53,537 nt of DNA from a virus (taxonomy: Duplodnaviria; Caudoviricetes): positions 1-53,537 of the IMG/VR virus record IMGVR_UViG_3300032050_000181. One strand, 5' to 3'. A model generated the notes under the pieces. The model was not told the DNA's origin. It saw only the letters and a program-made list of their open reading frames with translations, and ran no database searches. Positions 35,991 through 45,049 of the stretch are shown in pieces; the first letter of the stretch is position 1, and each line of letters opens with the position of its first letter. The translations under genes and the position numbers were made by a program.

Positions 35991-38449
35991 TTGTCGCCAA
36001 ATTCACGCTCAAATGCCTCGTTGACATCTACTGACTCACGACGCAAATCCTTATCGGCTGTGTGGTAGGTTTTGCCCTTTGTAATATAGGAATTTACACG
36101 AGCATGACCCCACTGCTGTGGCGTGGTTCCTGGACGATGTCCAGAATTCCAAGCCGCAACGCCACGATTATAAACCTTTCTTAAAGTGCCAAGCGAAATG
36201 CCCGACTTTCTCGCTTTATCGGCAAGTGACTTACCTGCTGATTCTTCCATCGTGCCCATTGCGGCTTGATGAATATGGCGATTTTGATGATGAATTACAC
36301 GAGTATCGCGAATGCGCCGCTCACGTTCTGTCTTTTTAGTAATTGCAGCATTATCAGTCATTTGCTCAGCAACGCGTGGCAATTCACGATAGGCTTTTGC
36401 TAATCCCTTTGAAGGAAGTTTCTTTGCAGCCTCACGACCCATTTGTAGTGCAGATCCACCAAATCGAACTTTACCGCTGATTGCTGCATTCACGCCAGCC
36501 TGACGCAATACCTTTTTCTTGGCTTCTGCGTTTGCTTTATTGCGTTCATCAATTTGTTCTACGCTTTCATATGCAGCAACTGTATGACGGTGAATGACTG
36601 GTCCTGTTTGTTGAGGTTTCGCGACTCGCGTTTGTCTTTCAATAGTTGAGAATACAGCGCGCATATGTTTGTGGCTAACTGCTGGTTTCTTTTTTGCAAC
36701 AGGTTTCTTTCGTAGAAAGGATAAGAAACCTTCAAATTGTTCGACTTCTTCGTTTGTCTTAGCGACTTGTTTTTTATCATATTCTTTGCGAGCCTGAGTC
36801 AGCATTTCCTCGCCACGCTTACGGCTGGCATCGCTTGCAGTTTTTTCTCTGTCAAATGCGCGTTGTAATTTGACGGCTGCACTCATGCGCTTTGAGCCTT
36901 CATCCACTTGCTCGGCTTCTTCTTTCATTTGATTAATGTATGATTTGAATTTGTCAGCAACAGTATCCCCTTTATGTCTGCTTATGTTGACAGACTTACC
37001 ATGCAAACTACCACGGACTGTGTCATCGTCCTTGTCATGTTCTAGCCAGCCAACTTCTTTATTTCCAACAGAGACACTAAAGTGCCGCATCATTGGGTTT
37101 GCTCTTGAGCCTTTGAATACAGGAGACTCTTTAGGCTCAATTTTATATCCACGAGCCTCATCCACTTGCTCGACTTCTTCAAAATGAGCCTTCATGTGTG
37201 CTTCGGTGTCTTTCTTGGTTTGATTTGGACCAAGACCACCAAGTTTTGTCATGCGGCGAATATATTTTTTAGAAGCGGCAGCTGCACGAGCATTCTTATC
37301 TCGATTCAAGAAGTTCTTGACATCAGATGATTTTGGGCGAGCGGCTGCTTCATAATCGAAGCGCATGTTGGCTTCATCAACCTGCTCGACTTCTTCTTTT
37401 ACTTTTTTATATTGTTTTTGCAATATTTTCAATGCACCTGATTTAACTTCATCGCGTTTAACTGGATTCGCTTTTTTTCCTAATGCTAATCCTTCAGCAC
37501 CACGACTTGAAGATGGTTGAGATTTATCCATTTCATCGAGTGCAACTTCATGTAAGCGAACGTTGCTTACATGTGTTTTAAATATTGGGTAATAGTCATC
37601 ACCACGACCTAGTGTACTGCGCTTATAATCGCTGCGGAAATAAACATGACCACCTTCAACCTTTTCAACTTTACCAGTATTTTGACCACCTTTAATAGTT
37701 GAAATGTGATCGCCGACCTTTGGTTTATAATCTGCCATCTTTTCTTCACCCATATGTTTGAAGTATTGAACTTGTCTTTCGCGCTTCATTGCGCCAGCCT
37801 TTGTGTCATAAGTTCCAAGATTGCGTCCAGTCTTTTTAGAAACAAGACGAAACTTACCATCAACCTTTACGATTGTTTCATCTAACTCTACGGACTCGTC
37901 CATTTTTGGACTGATTCCTTTATATTCTCTTTTAACACCTTCGCCGTCCCAATAAGCGCAGCACATTCTTTCTGTCACAAAGTCATGAATGTCCTCGTGA
38001 TTGCAATATGCTTTTATCTTAACAACTGCCTTTCCTGGCAATGTAACAAGATCAGCATGTTTAGACATTTCAACGTATGCTTCGTTTGGCGCTTTCAATC
38101 CACCATATTCGTTCAATTCGCTCTTGTCGACTGGCTTCTCTGATTCCTTTACCCAGTGAATACAGTTAGCGCAATTTGTTCCTTCAATCTTTTCTGGTGC
38201 ACCTTCAACAACAATACCAATTTGTTCACCGAACATTTTATGAAAACGTTTTGTGTATTTGCTTGGTTTTGTTTTTGCTGTTGCATCACCAGGTGCAGGT
38301 TTGTATGCGCGTGGATCGCTGTCGGAAAGTTTTGCTGCCTTTTTCCAATGCGCAGCACGAGCCTTTGCAGTAGATTTACTTAAACCTGCCACATACTTCT
38401 TTGGCAATCCTGATTCTTTATCTTTTGCAACAGGAGGAAACTTTTTCAT
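35987..38449 (-). CDS. modular putative capsid-internal polyprotein (DUF5824-like C-terminal module)
   Basis: About 10 basic modules separated by E-[E/S]-V-E-Q-[V/I]-D-E-like linkers; C-terminal VYNRGVAAW...QQWGHARVNS. Confidence 0.7.
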   Translation of the reverse strand: MKKFPPVAKDKESGLPKKYVAGLSKSTAKARAAHWKKAAKLSDSDPRAYKPAPGDATAKTKPSKYTKRFHKMFGEQIGIVVEGAPEKIEGTNCANCIHWVKESEKPVDKSELNEYGGLKAPNEAYVEMSKHADLVTLPGKAVVKIKAYCNHEDIHDFVTERMCCAYWDGEGVKREYKGISPKMDESVELDETIVKVDGKFRLVSKKTGRNLGTYDTKAGAMKRERQVQYFKHMGEEKMADYKPKVGDHISTIKGGQNTGKVEKVEGGHVYFRSDYKRSTLGRGDDYYPIFKTHVSNVRLHEVALDEMDKSQPSSSRGAEGLALGKKANPVKRDEVKSGALKILQKQYKKVKEEVEQVDEANMRFDYEAAARPKSSDVKNFLNRDKNARAAAASKKYIRRMTKLGGLGPNQTKKDTEAHMKAHFEEVEQVDEARGYKIEPKESPVFKGSRANPMMRHFSVSVGNKEVGWLEHDKDDDTVRGSLHGKSVNISRHKGDTVADKFKSYINQMKEEAEQVDEGSKRMSAAVKLQRAFDREKTASDASRKRGEEMLTQARKEYDKKQVAKTNEEVEQFEGFLSFLRKKPVAKKKPAVSHKHMRAVFSTIERQTRVAKPQQTGPVIHRHTVAAYESVEQIDERNKANAEAKKKVLRQAGVNAAISGKVRFGGSALQMGREAAKKLPSKGLAKAYRELPRVAEQMTDNAAITKKTERERRIRDTRVIHHQNRHIHQAAMGTMEESAGKSLADKARKSGISLGTLRKVYNRGVAAWNSGHRPGTTPQQWGHARVNSYITKGKTYHTADKDLRRESVDVNEAFEREFGDK

Positions 38450-39921
38450 TTGCTTTCTTCTTGTATTGCTGTTGTCGTTAAACCAATTCCACCTGATGGT
38501 ACTGCGCCCATGCGACCATCAAAGTAACTGCTCATTCCCATTCTTGCGACAGAAAGAGGAGAGATATCTTTCAATTTCTTTTTCTTAGACTTCTTATTTT
38601 CTTCTTCGCCAATGGTTGGCTCAGCAGACCTGGCAACGGCAATGCCGCCCCCTCTTGCATCTCCCTGACTACTTTCAAGGGGATTCTGTTCCTTTCGACG
38701 AATATTTTTCTTTTTATCTTCGTCAGCACTTGTTTCAGCTTCCGCATAACTCTTGACATCATTTGTGACCTGTCCTGGTGTTAAGTGCTTCATAAAATTT
38801 GAAGCATCGTTTGTCCCTGCTTCCAAAACTCTTTCATCTAAAAATCTTTCAACACCTTCTGACAATTCACGAAGCCATCCGCCAATTTCTGCTTTGCGGC
38901 TTTCTTCTGCAATAATAATATTTTCTGAATTGTCATAGATGAAGAATGTTTTAAATTCTTCAAAAAATGCATTCATGTTCTTTAGTGATTCATCGTAACG
39001 ATTCTTACGAACTTCTTCATTAAATGTTTTCGAACCTTTCATCAAACGGAAGTTATTACGATTGCGCGAAACTTCATCTGATGTATAAACGAAAACCATG
39101 GCAGTATCATAACCCATGGCTTCTAAAATTGTTTTTGCAATTTCAATCTTTCCTTTATTTTCGGCAGTACCGTTAATAATTACAGAAGGATAATCTTCTA
39201 GTTCAAGAAGATTCTTTTGTTCTAAAATTGCTTTATGCAGTTTATCTAAACTTAATTCAATTAAATTATGTTCATTGAATACAGAATGAATCAAGAAATC
39301 TTTACCGCTTCCTGGTCCACCAACAAGAAATACTGCTTTATAACTTTCTTTGAGTTTAGTCATTCCTGCTTTTACCTTATCGTGTAGTTCAGCGCCTAAT
39401 TTTTTATCTTTATAATGAGATATGAAATCATTACGTTTGCCTGACGAAACCAAACCGCGAAGTTTTGAGGCTGACATACCCTCCGCACCTTCTGAGTCTG
39501 GATCACGATGTCCTGCAGAAACAACTTCAACTTTCTTAATTTTTGGGAATTCTTTTGCGCGATATTTGTTTAGTAATTCGTGATATTCTGGAACGCGATC
39601 TGAGCCTGCAATTAGGGTAACGTGAGTATGCCCCTTACTTTCCAAATGCTGCATTGCATGAATAAGAGTACGAACCTTTGAATTTGAAACGACGTTTGCT
39701 TTTGGAAACAAACGACGCATCGCTGAAACTTTATCGTCGTGGGATAGCGGATTGCTACGACTATCTTGAGTGTGTGTAGGGAAAATGTAGTGAGCGCCGC
39801 CTGTTTTTTCGGCGTGCTCCATTGCGGAGTTTACTACTTTACCGTGACCTTCTTCTGTTGGAGGGTTAAAACGACCCCACACTAGTGTTGCTTTACTCAT
39901 AGTTTTACCATCTGTTGGCAA
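38446..39921 (-). CDS. HxGH-family nucleotidyltransferase (cytidyltransferase-like) fused to a P-loop kinase
   Basis: GRFNPPTEEGH, NPL, AGSDRV, MSASKLR; then LVGGPGSGKD, GYDTAMVFV, RNRNNFR lid. Confidence 0.8.
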   Translation of the reverse strand: MPTDGKTMSKATLVWGRFNPPTEEGHGKVVNSAMEHAEKTGGAHYIFPTHTQDSRSNPLSHDDKVSAMRRLFPKANVVSNSKVRTLIHAMQHLESKGHTHVTLIAGSDRVPEYHELLNKYRAKEFPKIKKVEVVSAGHRDPDSEGAEGMSASKLRGLVSSGKRNDFISHYKDKKLGAELHDKVKAGMTKLKESYKAVFLVGGPGSGKDFLIHSVFNEHNLIELSLDKLHKAILEQKNLLELEDYPSVIINGTAENKGKIEIAKTILEAMGYDTAMVFVYTSDEVSRNRNNFRLMKGSKTFNEEVRKNRYDESLKNMNAFFEEFKTFFIYDNSENIIIAEESRKAEIGGWLRELSEGVERFLDERVLEAGTNDASNFMKHLTPGQVTNDVKSYAEAETSADEDKKKNIRRKEQNPLESSQGDARGGGIAVARSAEPTIGEEENKKSKKKKLKDISPLSVARMGMSSYFDGRMGAVPSGGIGLTTTAIQEESK

Positions 39922-39927
39922 TAAGAT

Positions 39928-39934
39928 TATTTAT
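39928..39934 (-). promoter_or_regulatory. T4-type late promoter (ATAAATA)
   Basis: Overlaps the upstream stop codon. Confidence 0.4.
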
Positions 39935-41097
39935 TTTTTTCTTCCTTTTAGCAAATTAGAACGAGCAAATTCTGCACGATTTACTAATTTTGTTGGATGT
40001 CCATTATGTACCATAACAAACCCTTCTGGCTCGGTTTTTTTACCGTCTATATGGTGTTCAAATTCAGTCGAGGAAGATAGAGTTTGCACTAGTGCATTTT
40101 TCGCTTTTTGAATAGCATGATGAATCTTAAACGCTTGGGCTAAATGTTTACCATTTCTGTCGACTTCGTTGTGAAATGCATTTAAAAGTTCGTGTTGTTT
40201 GAGTTTACCTTTTGGCGTTTTCTTCTTTTCGATCTCGCCTTCGTAACGATTGGAGACGAAAGAACGATAACCCTCAACCGTTGGAGTCGTATTTTCACGA
40301 ACGGTGTGATTAATATAAAGGTCTAAATGATCTTTATGGGCTCGAGCCACGTGATACATCTCTGGATGAGAGGCTTGGTGGTGGCGAATTGCTGAATTTA
40401 GGTAGGTGCGAAACTCTTTTTGATTCTTTTCAGAGTGTTCGACTGGCTTTACGCCTGGATGAATAAGGTGAACGCTTGGGTGAGACCCAAATTTATCGTG
40501 ATCTACGTCAAACCCTGCAGTCATATTTGCAAGATCAGGACCGTGATACTTTGTGTGAACAACTAATCCGACGTGGGCTTTTGCGATCTTTTGACCGTGT
40601 TCTGAGTCTACAGGGGTAGAATAGGTGATTGTATTTGGAGTAAAATGATATTTACCGCCTTTTTTAGCCACATCACCCTTTGTATACATTAGGTCGCCTT
40701 GATAAACGCCATGTTTTGGGGCGACTTTAGGTAAATGTCGAAGCGCAGTTTTAAGTTTTTCGACTAATCCAGGTGCGTGACCGTGATTGCGATCGATGTC
40801 GGCTTCACTATAATTGATTTTTGGATTAACGTTGAAAGCCGACTTACTGGCAACAAAGAACTTGCCCGTTTGTGGATGACGACCAAACACGATAGAAGGG
40901 GATCCATCGTACTTGGTCGTCACTTTTGTAGTATTGAACGCACCGTTAAGTTTGTCGTTTACTGCTGAGAGAGCATCTACCGTATGGTGAAAACCTGTTT
41001 CACCGCTATGTAGAAAGTTATCTTCTGCGTGTGTTAAGTGCTTTAAATGCTTAACTGGTTCTATTTCTTCTTGTAAATAGGTGCTAAACGATAACAT
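39931..41097 (-). CDS. DUF6267-like protein with ligase/covalent nucleotidyltransferase motifs
   Basis: TTKYDGS, YQGDLMY, PEGFVM, KLV; N-terminus MLSFSTYLQE. Confidence 0.7.
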   Translation of the reverse strand: MLSFSTYLQEEIEPVKHLKHLTHAEDNFLHSGETGFHHTVDALSAVNDKLNGAFNTTKVTTKYDGSPSIVFGRHPQTGKFFVASKSAFNVNPKINYSEADIDRNHGHAPGLVEKLKTALRHLPKVAPKHGVYQGDLMYTKGDVAKKGGKYHFTPNTITYSTPVDSEHGQKIAKAHVGLVVHTKYHGPDLANMTAGFDVDHDKFGSHPSVHLIHPGVKPVEHSEKNQKEFRTYLNSAIRHHQASHPEMYHVARAHKDHLDLYINHTVRENTTPTVEGYRSFVSNRYEGEIEKKKTPKGKLKQHELLNAFHNEVDRNGKHLAQAFKIHHAIQKAKNALVQTLSSSTEFEHHIDGKKTEPEGFVMVHNGHPTKLVNRAEFARSNLLKGRKK

Positions 41098-41133
41098 TTA
41101 AAAACATACTCTCCGCTCTGTGGGATATGAGTA

Positions 41134-41140
41134 TATTTAG
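41134..41140 (-). promoter_or_regulatory. T4-type late promoter variant (CTAAATA)
   Basis: Intergenic match at the head of the internal-protein cluster. Confidence 0.55.
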
Positions 41141-41147
41141 TTTCTTT

Positions 41148-41933
41148 TTAATTACTCTTCATTTTTGCAAGAGCAGCAGTCAACGCCTCACGAACTGGAC
41201 GCATAGCAGGATGCGCTGGGATCGTGCAGGTAGAACGAGAAGCCAAAGTGGCTTCTTTGAATTCTTCTGGCGTAAACCATTGAACGTTATCAATACCCAT
41301 TAACTCCACGAGTTCGTGCATATTGACCGAACCTTCGTTTACAAGATTCACAGGACCTGATTCGCCGTCTTCAATAAGATCGCATGCAACACGAACGGCT
41401 TCGTCAAGGTCAGTAAGAGAGTTTTGACCTGCGTCGATAAGTTTAGCGTTCTTGGCGTAATTCATCACCTTGGTTAGGTAATTCTTTTTCTCATTAAGAC
41501 CAGTAAATGGCATGCGAATACGGAAAACAAGAGCACGATCCTTCAAATAAAGATCCGAAACGCCCTTGGTTACTGAATAGATGCTACCGAAGTAATTTGG
41601 ATCATCATTTACATGAGAGATCTCACCTTGGTAAATGCAGCCGCTCGAGAAGTGAGCCAAACGTGGCTTGTGCCAATTTTCTTCGCAGGATTTGTAAAGT
41701 AATGCTGGAAAAATGGCATTAGCGTAGGTGGTTCCTTCGCGATCTAATTCACAAGCATCGACATTTGGCGATCCTGTCATACCTGCACAGTTCACAACCC
41801 AATCATAAACGCCATCTGCTGCTTCTGCCAACGCATTCTTATGATCGGAAATCGTCACAACATGATTGCGATTCATAAGTTCCGTTAAAACTTTTTTACC
41901 TGTCCATCCACGCCCAACAACTAAAATTTTCAT
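41148..41933 (-). CDS. NDP-4-keto-6-deoxyglucose 3,5-epimerase/4-reductase (NRS/ER-like, RmlD superfamily)
   Basis: GRGWTG, NCAGMTGSPNVDACE, SSGCIY, YSVTK, RIRMP, NSLT; GAGG SD before MKILVV. Confidence 0.8.
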   Translation of the reverse strand: MKILVVGRGWTGKKVLTELMNRNHVVTISDHKNALAEAADGVYDWVVNCAGMTGSPNVDACELDREGTTYANAIFPALLYKSCEENWHKPRLAHFSSGCIYQGEISHVNDDPNYFGSIYSVTKGVSDLYLKDRALVFRIRMPFTGLNEKKNYLTKVMNYAKNAKLIDAGQNSLTDLDEAVRVACDLIEDGESGPVNLVNEGSVNMHELVELMGIDNVQWFTPEEFKEATLASRSTCTIPAHPAMRPVREALTAALAKMKSN

Positions 41934-41941
41934 AGCACACC

Positions 41942-42820
41942 TCAATTATGTTTTCCCAGTTTAATGATCTTCTGCAAATATTTACCATAGTCCGACTTAA
42001 TATACTTGTTTGCCGCTTCTTGAAGTTGGTATTCTGTAATCCAAGCATTACGATATGCAACCTCTTCAGGGCAAGCAATCATTGTTCCAGTTCGTCTTTG
42101 AATTGAACCAACAAAGGTTGATGCCTCTGCAAGTGATTCAAACGTACCAGTATCAATCCAAGCAATACCACGATTCAAATATTCAACTTTACAATCGTGA
42201 TCTTTCATATAAAGATTATTAATGTCTGTGATTTCAAGTTCACCGCGAGCAGACGGTTTGATTTGCCACGCATAATCTACGACTTTATTGTCATAGAAAT
42301 ATAGACCAGTTACAGCATAGTTTGTTGGCGCAACGGCTGGTTTCTCGAGAATTGCTTTTGGATCACCATGCTCATCAAGTTCAAGAACGCCGAAACGTTC
42401 TGGGTCTTGTACATGATATGCGAACAAAGTGCAACCTGTATTGTTCTTTGCGTAATTGAAACGGTTGATCAAATCATTACCGTAAAAAATATTGTCACCA
42501 AGAACAAGAGCAACATCATTCTTACCAATCCAATCTTGAGCGAGACGGAAGCACTCGGCAATTCCGTTTGGCTTTTCTTGAATCATGTAATCAATTTTCA
42601 AACCCCACTGCGAACCATCTTTCAACAAACGTTTGAATTGTTCGCTATCATTTGGTGAGTTGATGATTAAAATATCGCGAATTCCCGCTAACATCAAAGT
42701 CACAAGAGGATAATAAACCAATGGCTTATCATAAACTGGTAGCAATTGTTTCGATGTCACTTCAGTACATGGATACAAACGAGTACCCATACCACCTGAT
42801 AGAATAATCCCTTTACGCAT
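41942..42820 (-). CDS. rmlA: glucose-1-phosphate thymidylyltransferase
   Basis: GIILSGGMGTRLYP, SKQLLPVYDKP, LGDNIF, EKP, RGELEITD, WIDTGT. Confidence 0.96.
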   Translation of the reverse strand: MRKGIILSGGMGTRLYPCTEVTSKQLLPVYDKPLVYYPLVTLMLAGIRDILIINSPNDSEQFKRLLKDGSQWGLKIDYMIQEKPNGIAECFRLAQDWIGKNDVALVLGDNIFYGNDLINRFNYAKNNTGCTLFAYHVQDPERFGVLELDEHGDPKAILEKPAVAPTNYAVTGLYFYDNKVVDYAWQIKPSARGELEITDINNLYMKDHDCKVEYLNRGIAWIDTGTFESLAEASTFVGSIQRRTGTMIACPEEVAYRNAWITEYQLQEAANKYIKSDYGKYLQKIIKLGKHN

Positions 42821-43763
42821 TATAATACTCCAAAGTTTTAATTAAGCCATCATTAATATTCGTTTTTGCTTGCCAACCCAAGTCATGAGCAATTTTACTC
42901 GCATCCATTGAGTATCTAAAATCATGACCTTTACGATCAGGAACAAAATTAATCCAGTTTTGATACATGTGAACTGGCTTACCCATCAGATCAAGGATGA
43001 GTGTAATCATATCAAGATTACTCATCTCAACGCCACCACCGATGTTATAACGCTCACCTGACTTAAAGTTTTGACCAATAGTCAGCAATGCATCGCAGTG
43101 ATCTTCAACAAACAACCAGTCGCGAACATTTTGACCTGTGCCATAAACTGGAATTGGTGTATTGTTCTTAATGTGACGAATCACAGTTGGAATGAATTTT
43201 TCTGAGTGTTGTCGCGGACCGTAGTTATTTGAGCAATTTGTCACAACTGCTTCAATGTTATGCGTGTTTACATAAGCGCGAACTAAATGATCGCTGGCTG
43301 CTTTGGTTGCAGAATACGGATTGCGTGGATTGTATGGTGTATTTTCTGTGAACGCTGGATCATCATGACCCAAACTACCATATACTTCATCAGTAGAAAC
43401 GTGAACTAATTTCCCTCCGTACTTTTTGATACACTTGAGGATATTGTGAGTTCCGTTAATATTTGTATCCAAGAAAACGTCGTCGCCGCGAATGGAATTA
43501 TCCACATGAGATTCAGCAGCAAAATGGAAAGTAATATGCGGTTCGTAATCATGATACAAACTCTCCAAATGTCCGAAGTTGCGAATGTCGCAACGTTTGA
43601 GTTTGAGTCGCCAATCGTTCCAATAACCGTCTAAATTGCTTTCGTTTGCCGCATATGAACAATTGTCAATAACGATGATCTCATCTTCAGGATACTTTTT
43701 CAGATGAGAGATTACGAAATTAGAACCAATAAAACCCAAACCGCCAGTCACAAATGTAGTCAT
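42813..43763 (-). CDS. rmlB: dTDP-glucose 4,6-dehydratase
   Basis: VTGGLGFIGS, FAAESHVD, STDEVYG, YSATK, NNYGP, GHDFRY. Confidence 0.96.
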   Translation of the reverse strand: MTTFVTGGLGFIGSNFVISHLKKYPEDEIIVIDNCSYAANESNLDGYWNDWRLKLKRCDIRNFGHLESLYHDYEPHITFHFAAESHVDNSIRGDDVFLDTNINGTHNILKCIKKYGGKLVHVSTDEVYGSLGHDDPAFTENTPYNPRNPYSATKAASDHLVRAYVNTHNIEAVVTNCSNNYGPRQHSEKFIPTVIRHIKNNTPIPVYGTGQNVRDWLFVEDHCDALLTIGQNFKSGERYNIGGGVEMSNLDMITLILDLMGKPVHMYQNWINFVPDRKGHDFRYSMDASKIAHDLGWQAKTNINDGLIKTLEYYNA

Positions 43764-43786
43764 AATTCACCCAAGTTATAATTAAA

Positions 43787-45049
43787 TCATGCTGATGTAG
43801 CAATCAACGAAGTTAGGAGTTTTCCTTTTTCTATATAGTTTCTAATATAGGTAGACCCATCAGGTTTACCTTCTGCTTTCACACGCACTTCCAAAAATGA
43901 TTCTTCATCTTTGTCTTCAATAATCATTCTTGGTTTACCGCTGGAGTCAATAATCTTTACTTTCAAATCCAAATTTTGAATTGCGCCCATCACTTTACCG
44001 AAATCATAAACTTTAGCAGCACCACCAGCAAGTTGAACCAAAGTTACATTTTCTTCACCGCTTGTTGCAAACTTTTGTATACCACTACCCAAATTGTTTA
44101 ACAAAGTCGTTTTAGTTCTTTTGTTTTTTAGCATAGTGTTCATTTTGTTTGACACATAATCATATACTAGATACACAGCCTTTTCAACTTTTTTCTTCTT
44201 TAAAAGGTTAGTGTAATCGTCTTCCAATTCTGAAACATCAATACCTGCAAGTTTATTCCAAAGTGTAATTTGTTTTTCAAACTCAGAACCGCCAACCTGA
44301 CCGAACTGTTTAACATCATCTGCTTTTAGAGAGATATTAACGTTTGTTGCTTTACCATCGACCTTAACTTTCACGTCAACCTTTGTGCCTTTCTGGTCAC
44401 CGACGCCATCACTGATTACATCAATTACATTTTCTTGATTGTTTTCGTAAAGTAGTTTAGACCATTTCGTTATGGTTTGACCGTTTGCGTATTTTGCTGC
44501 CGCATCAAAAAGATCACTGTACGAGTCCCATGAACTTTGATCTAAAAAGAATTTCATATTGGATTCAGCAAGCGACAAATAGAATTGAACTGTATCTTTG
44601 ATTTTGGGATTCTTATTTGGTGATGGGAATGATTTTTCTACAACCTTACCATTTTTAGTTGAAAGGGAGGAAATGATTTCCTTTACTTTACTTGAGTCAA
44701 TCGGTTGATTCTTATTTACAAATCGAGCAGCAATTGCTGCGGCAAGAATACCTTCAGCAATGTCGCCTTTGTTACCCTTGTCTTTAGGTTTATCAATAGC
44801 ACCAATAGCAACCAAACCGCTAGTTGTTTCTAGGATCAAATCTAAGGCTGCTCTTTCTGTACTGGATGATGATGCAAGTTGCGAGTACTTTTTCAATACT
44901 TGCTTGTTTTTATCGTTATTTTTTATAATGACAGTTTTGATGCCCGCTTTTATGCCAGTTCTACTATTCATAGAAGAACCAACAACACTTAAAAGACCAG
45001 CAGTGTATTTGGCTAACTGTCCTTTACTTGTAGTTCTTAATTGCGCCAT
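43787..45049 (-). CDS. hypothetical protein, possible PD-(D/E)xK nuclease fold
   Basis: NKGDIAEG...KVDV...NISLK spacing; Lys-rich. Confidence 0.5.
   Translation of the reverse strand: MAQLRTTSKGQLAKYTAGLLSVVGSSMNSRTGIKAGIKTVIIKNNDKNKQVLKKYSQLASSSSTERAALDLILETTSGLVAIGAIDKPKDKGNKGDIAEGILAAAIAARFVNKNQPIDSSKVKEIISSLSTKNGKVVEKSFPSPNKNPKIKDTVQFYLSLAESNMKFFLDQSSWDSYSDLFDAAAKYANGQTITKWSKLLYENNQENVIDVISDGVGDQKGTKVDVKVKVDGKATNVNISLKADDVKQFGQVGGSEFEKQITLWNKLAGIDVSELEDDYTNLLKKKKVEKAVYLVYDYVSNKMNTMLKNKRTKTTLLNNLGSGIQKFATSGEENVTLVQLAGGAAKVYDFGKVMGAIQNLDLKVKIIDSSGKPRMIIEDKDEESFLEVRVKAEGKPDGSTYIRNYIEKGKLLTSLIATSA

Noticed and set aside
38446-39340. Zeta toxin-antitoxin system
   Set aside because: The kinase is fused to a nucleotidyltransferase in a late cluster with no antitoxin-like partner; the fold resemblance alone is not enough
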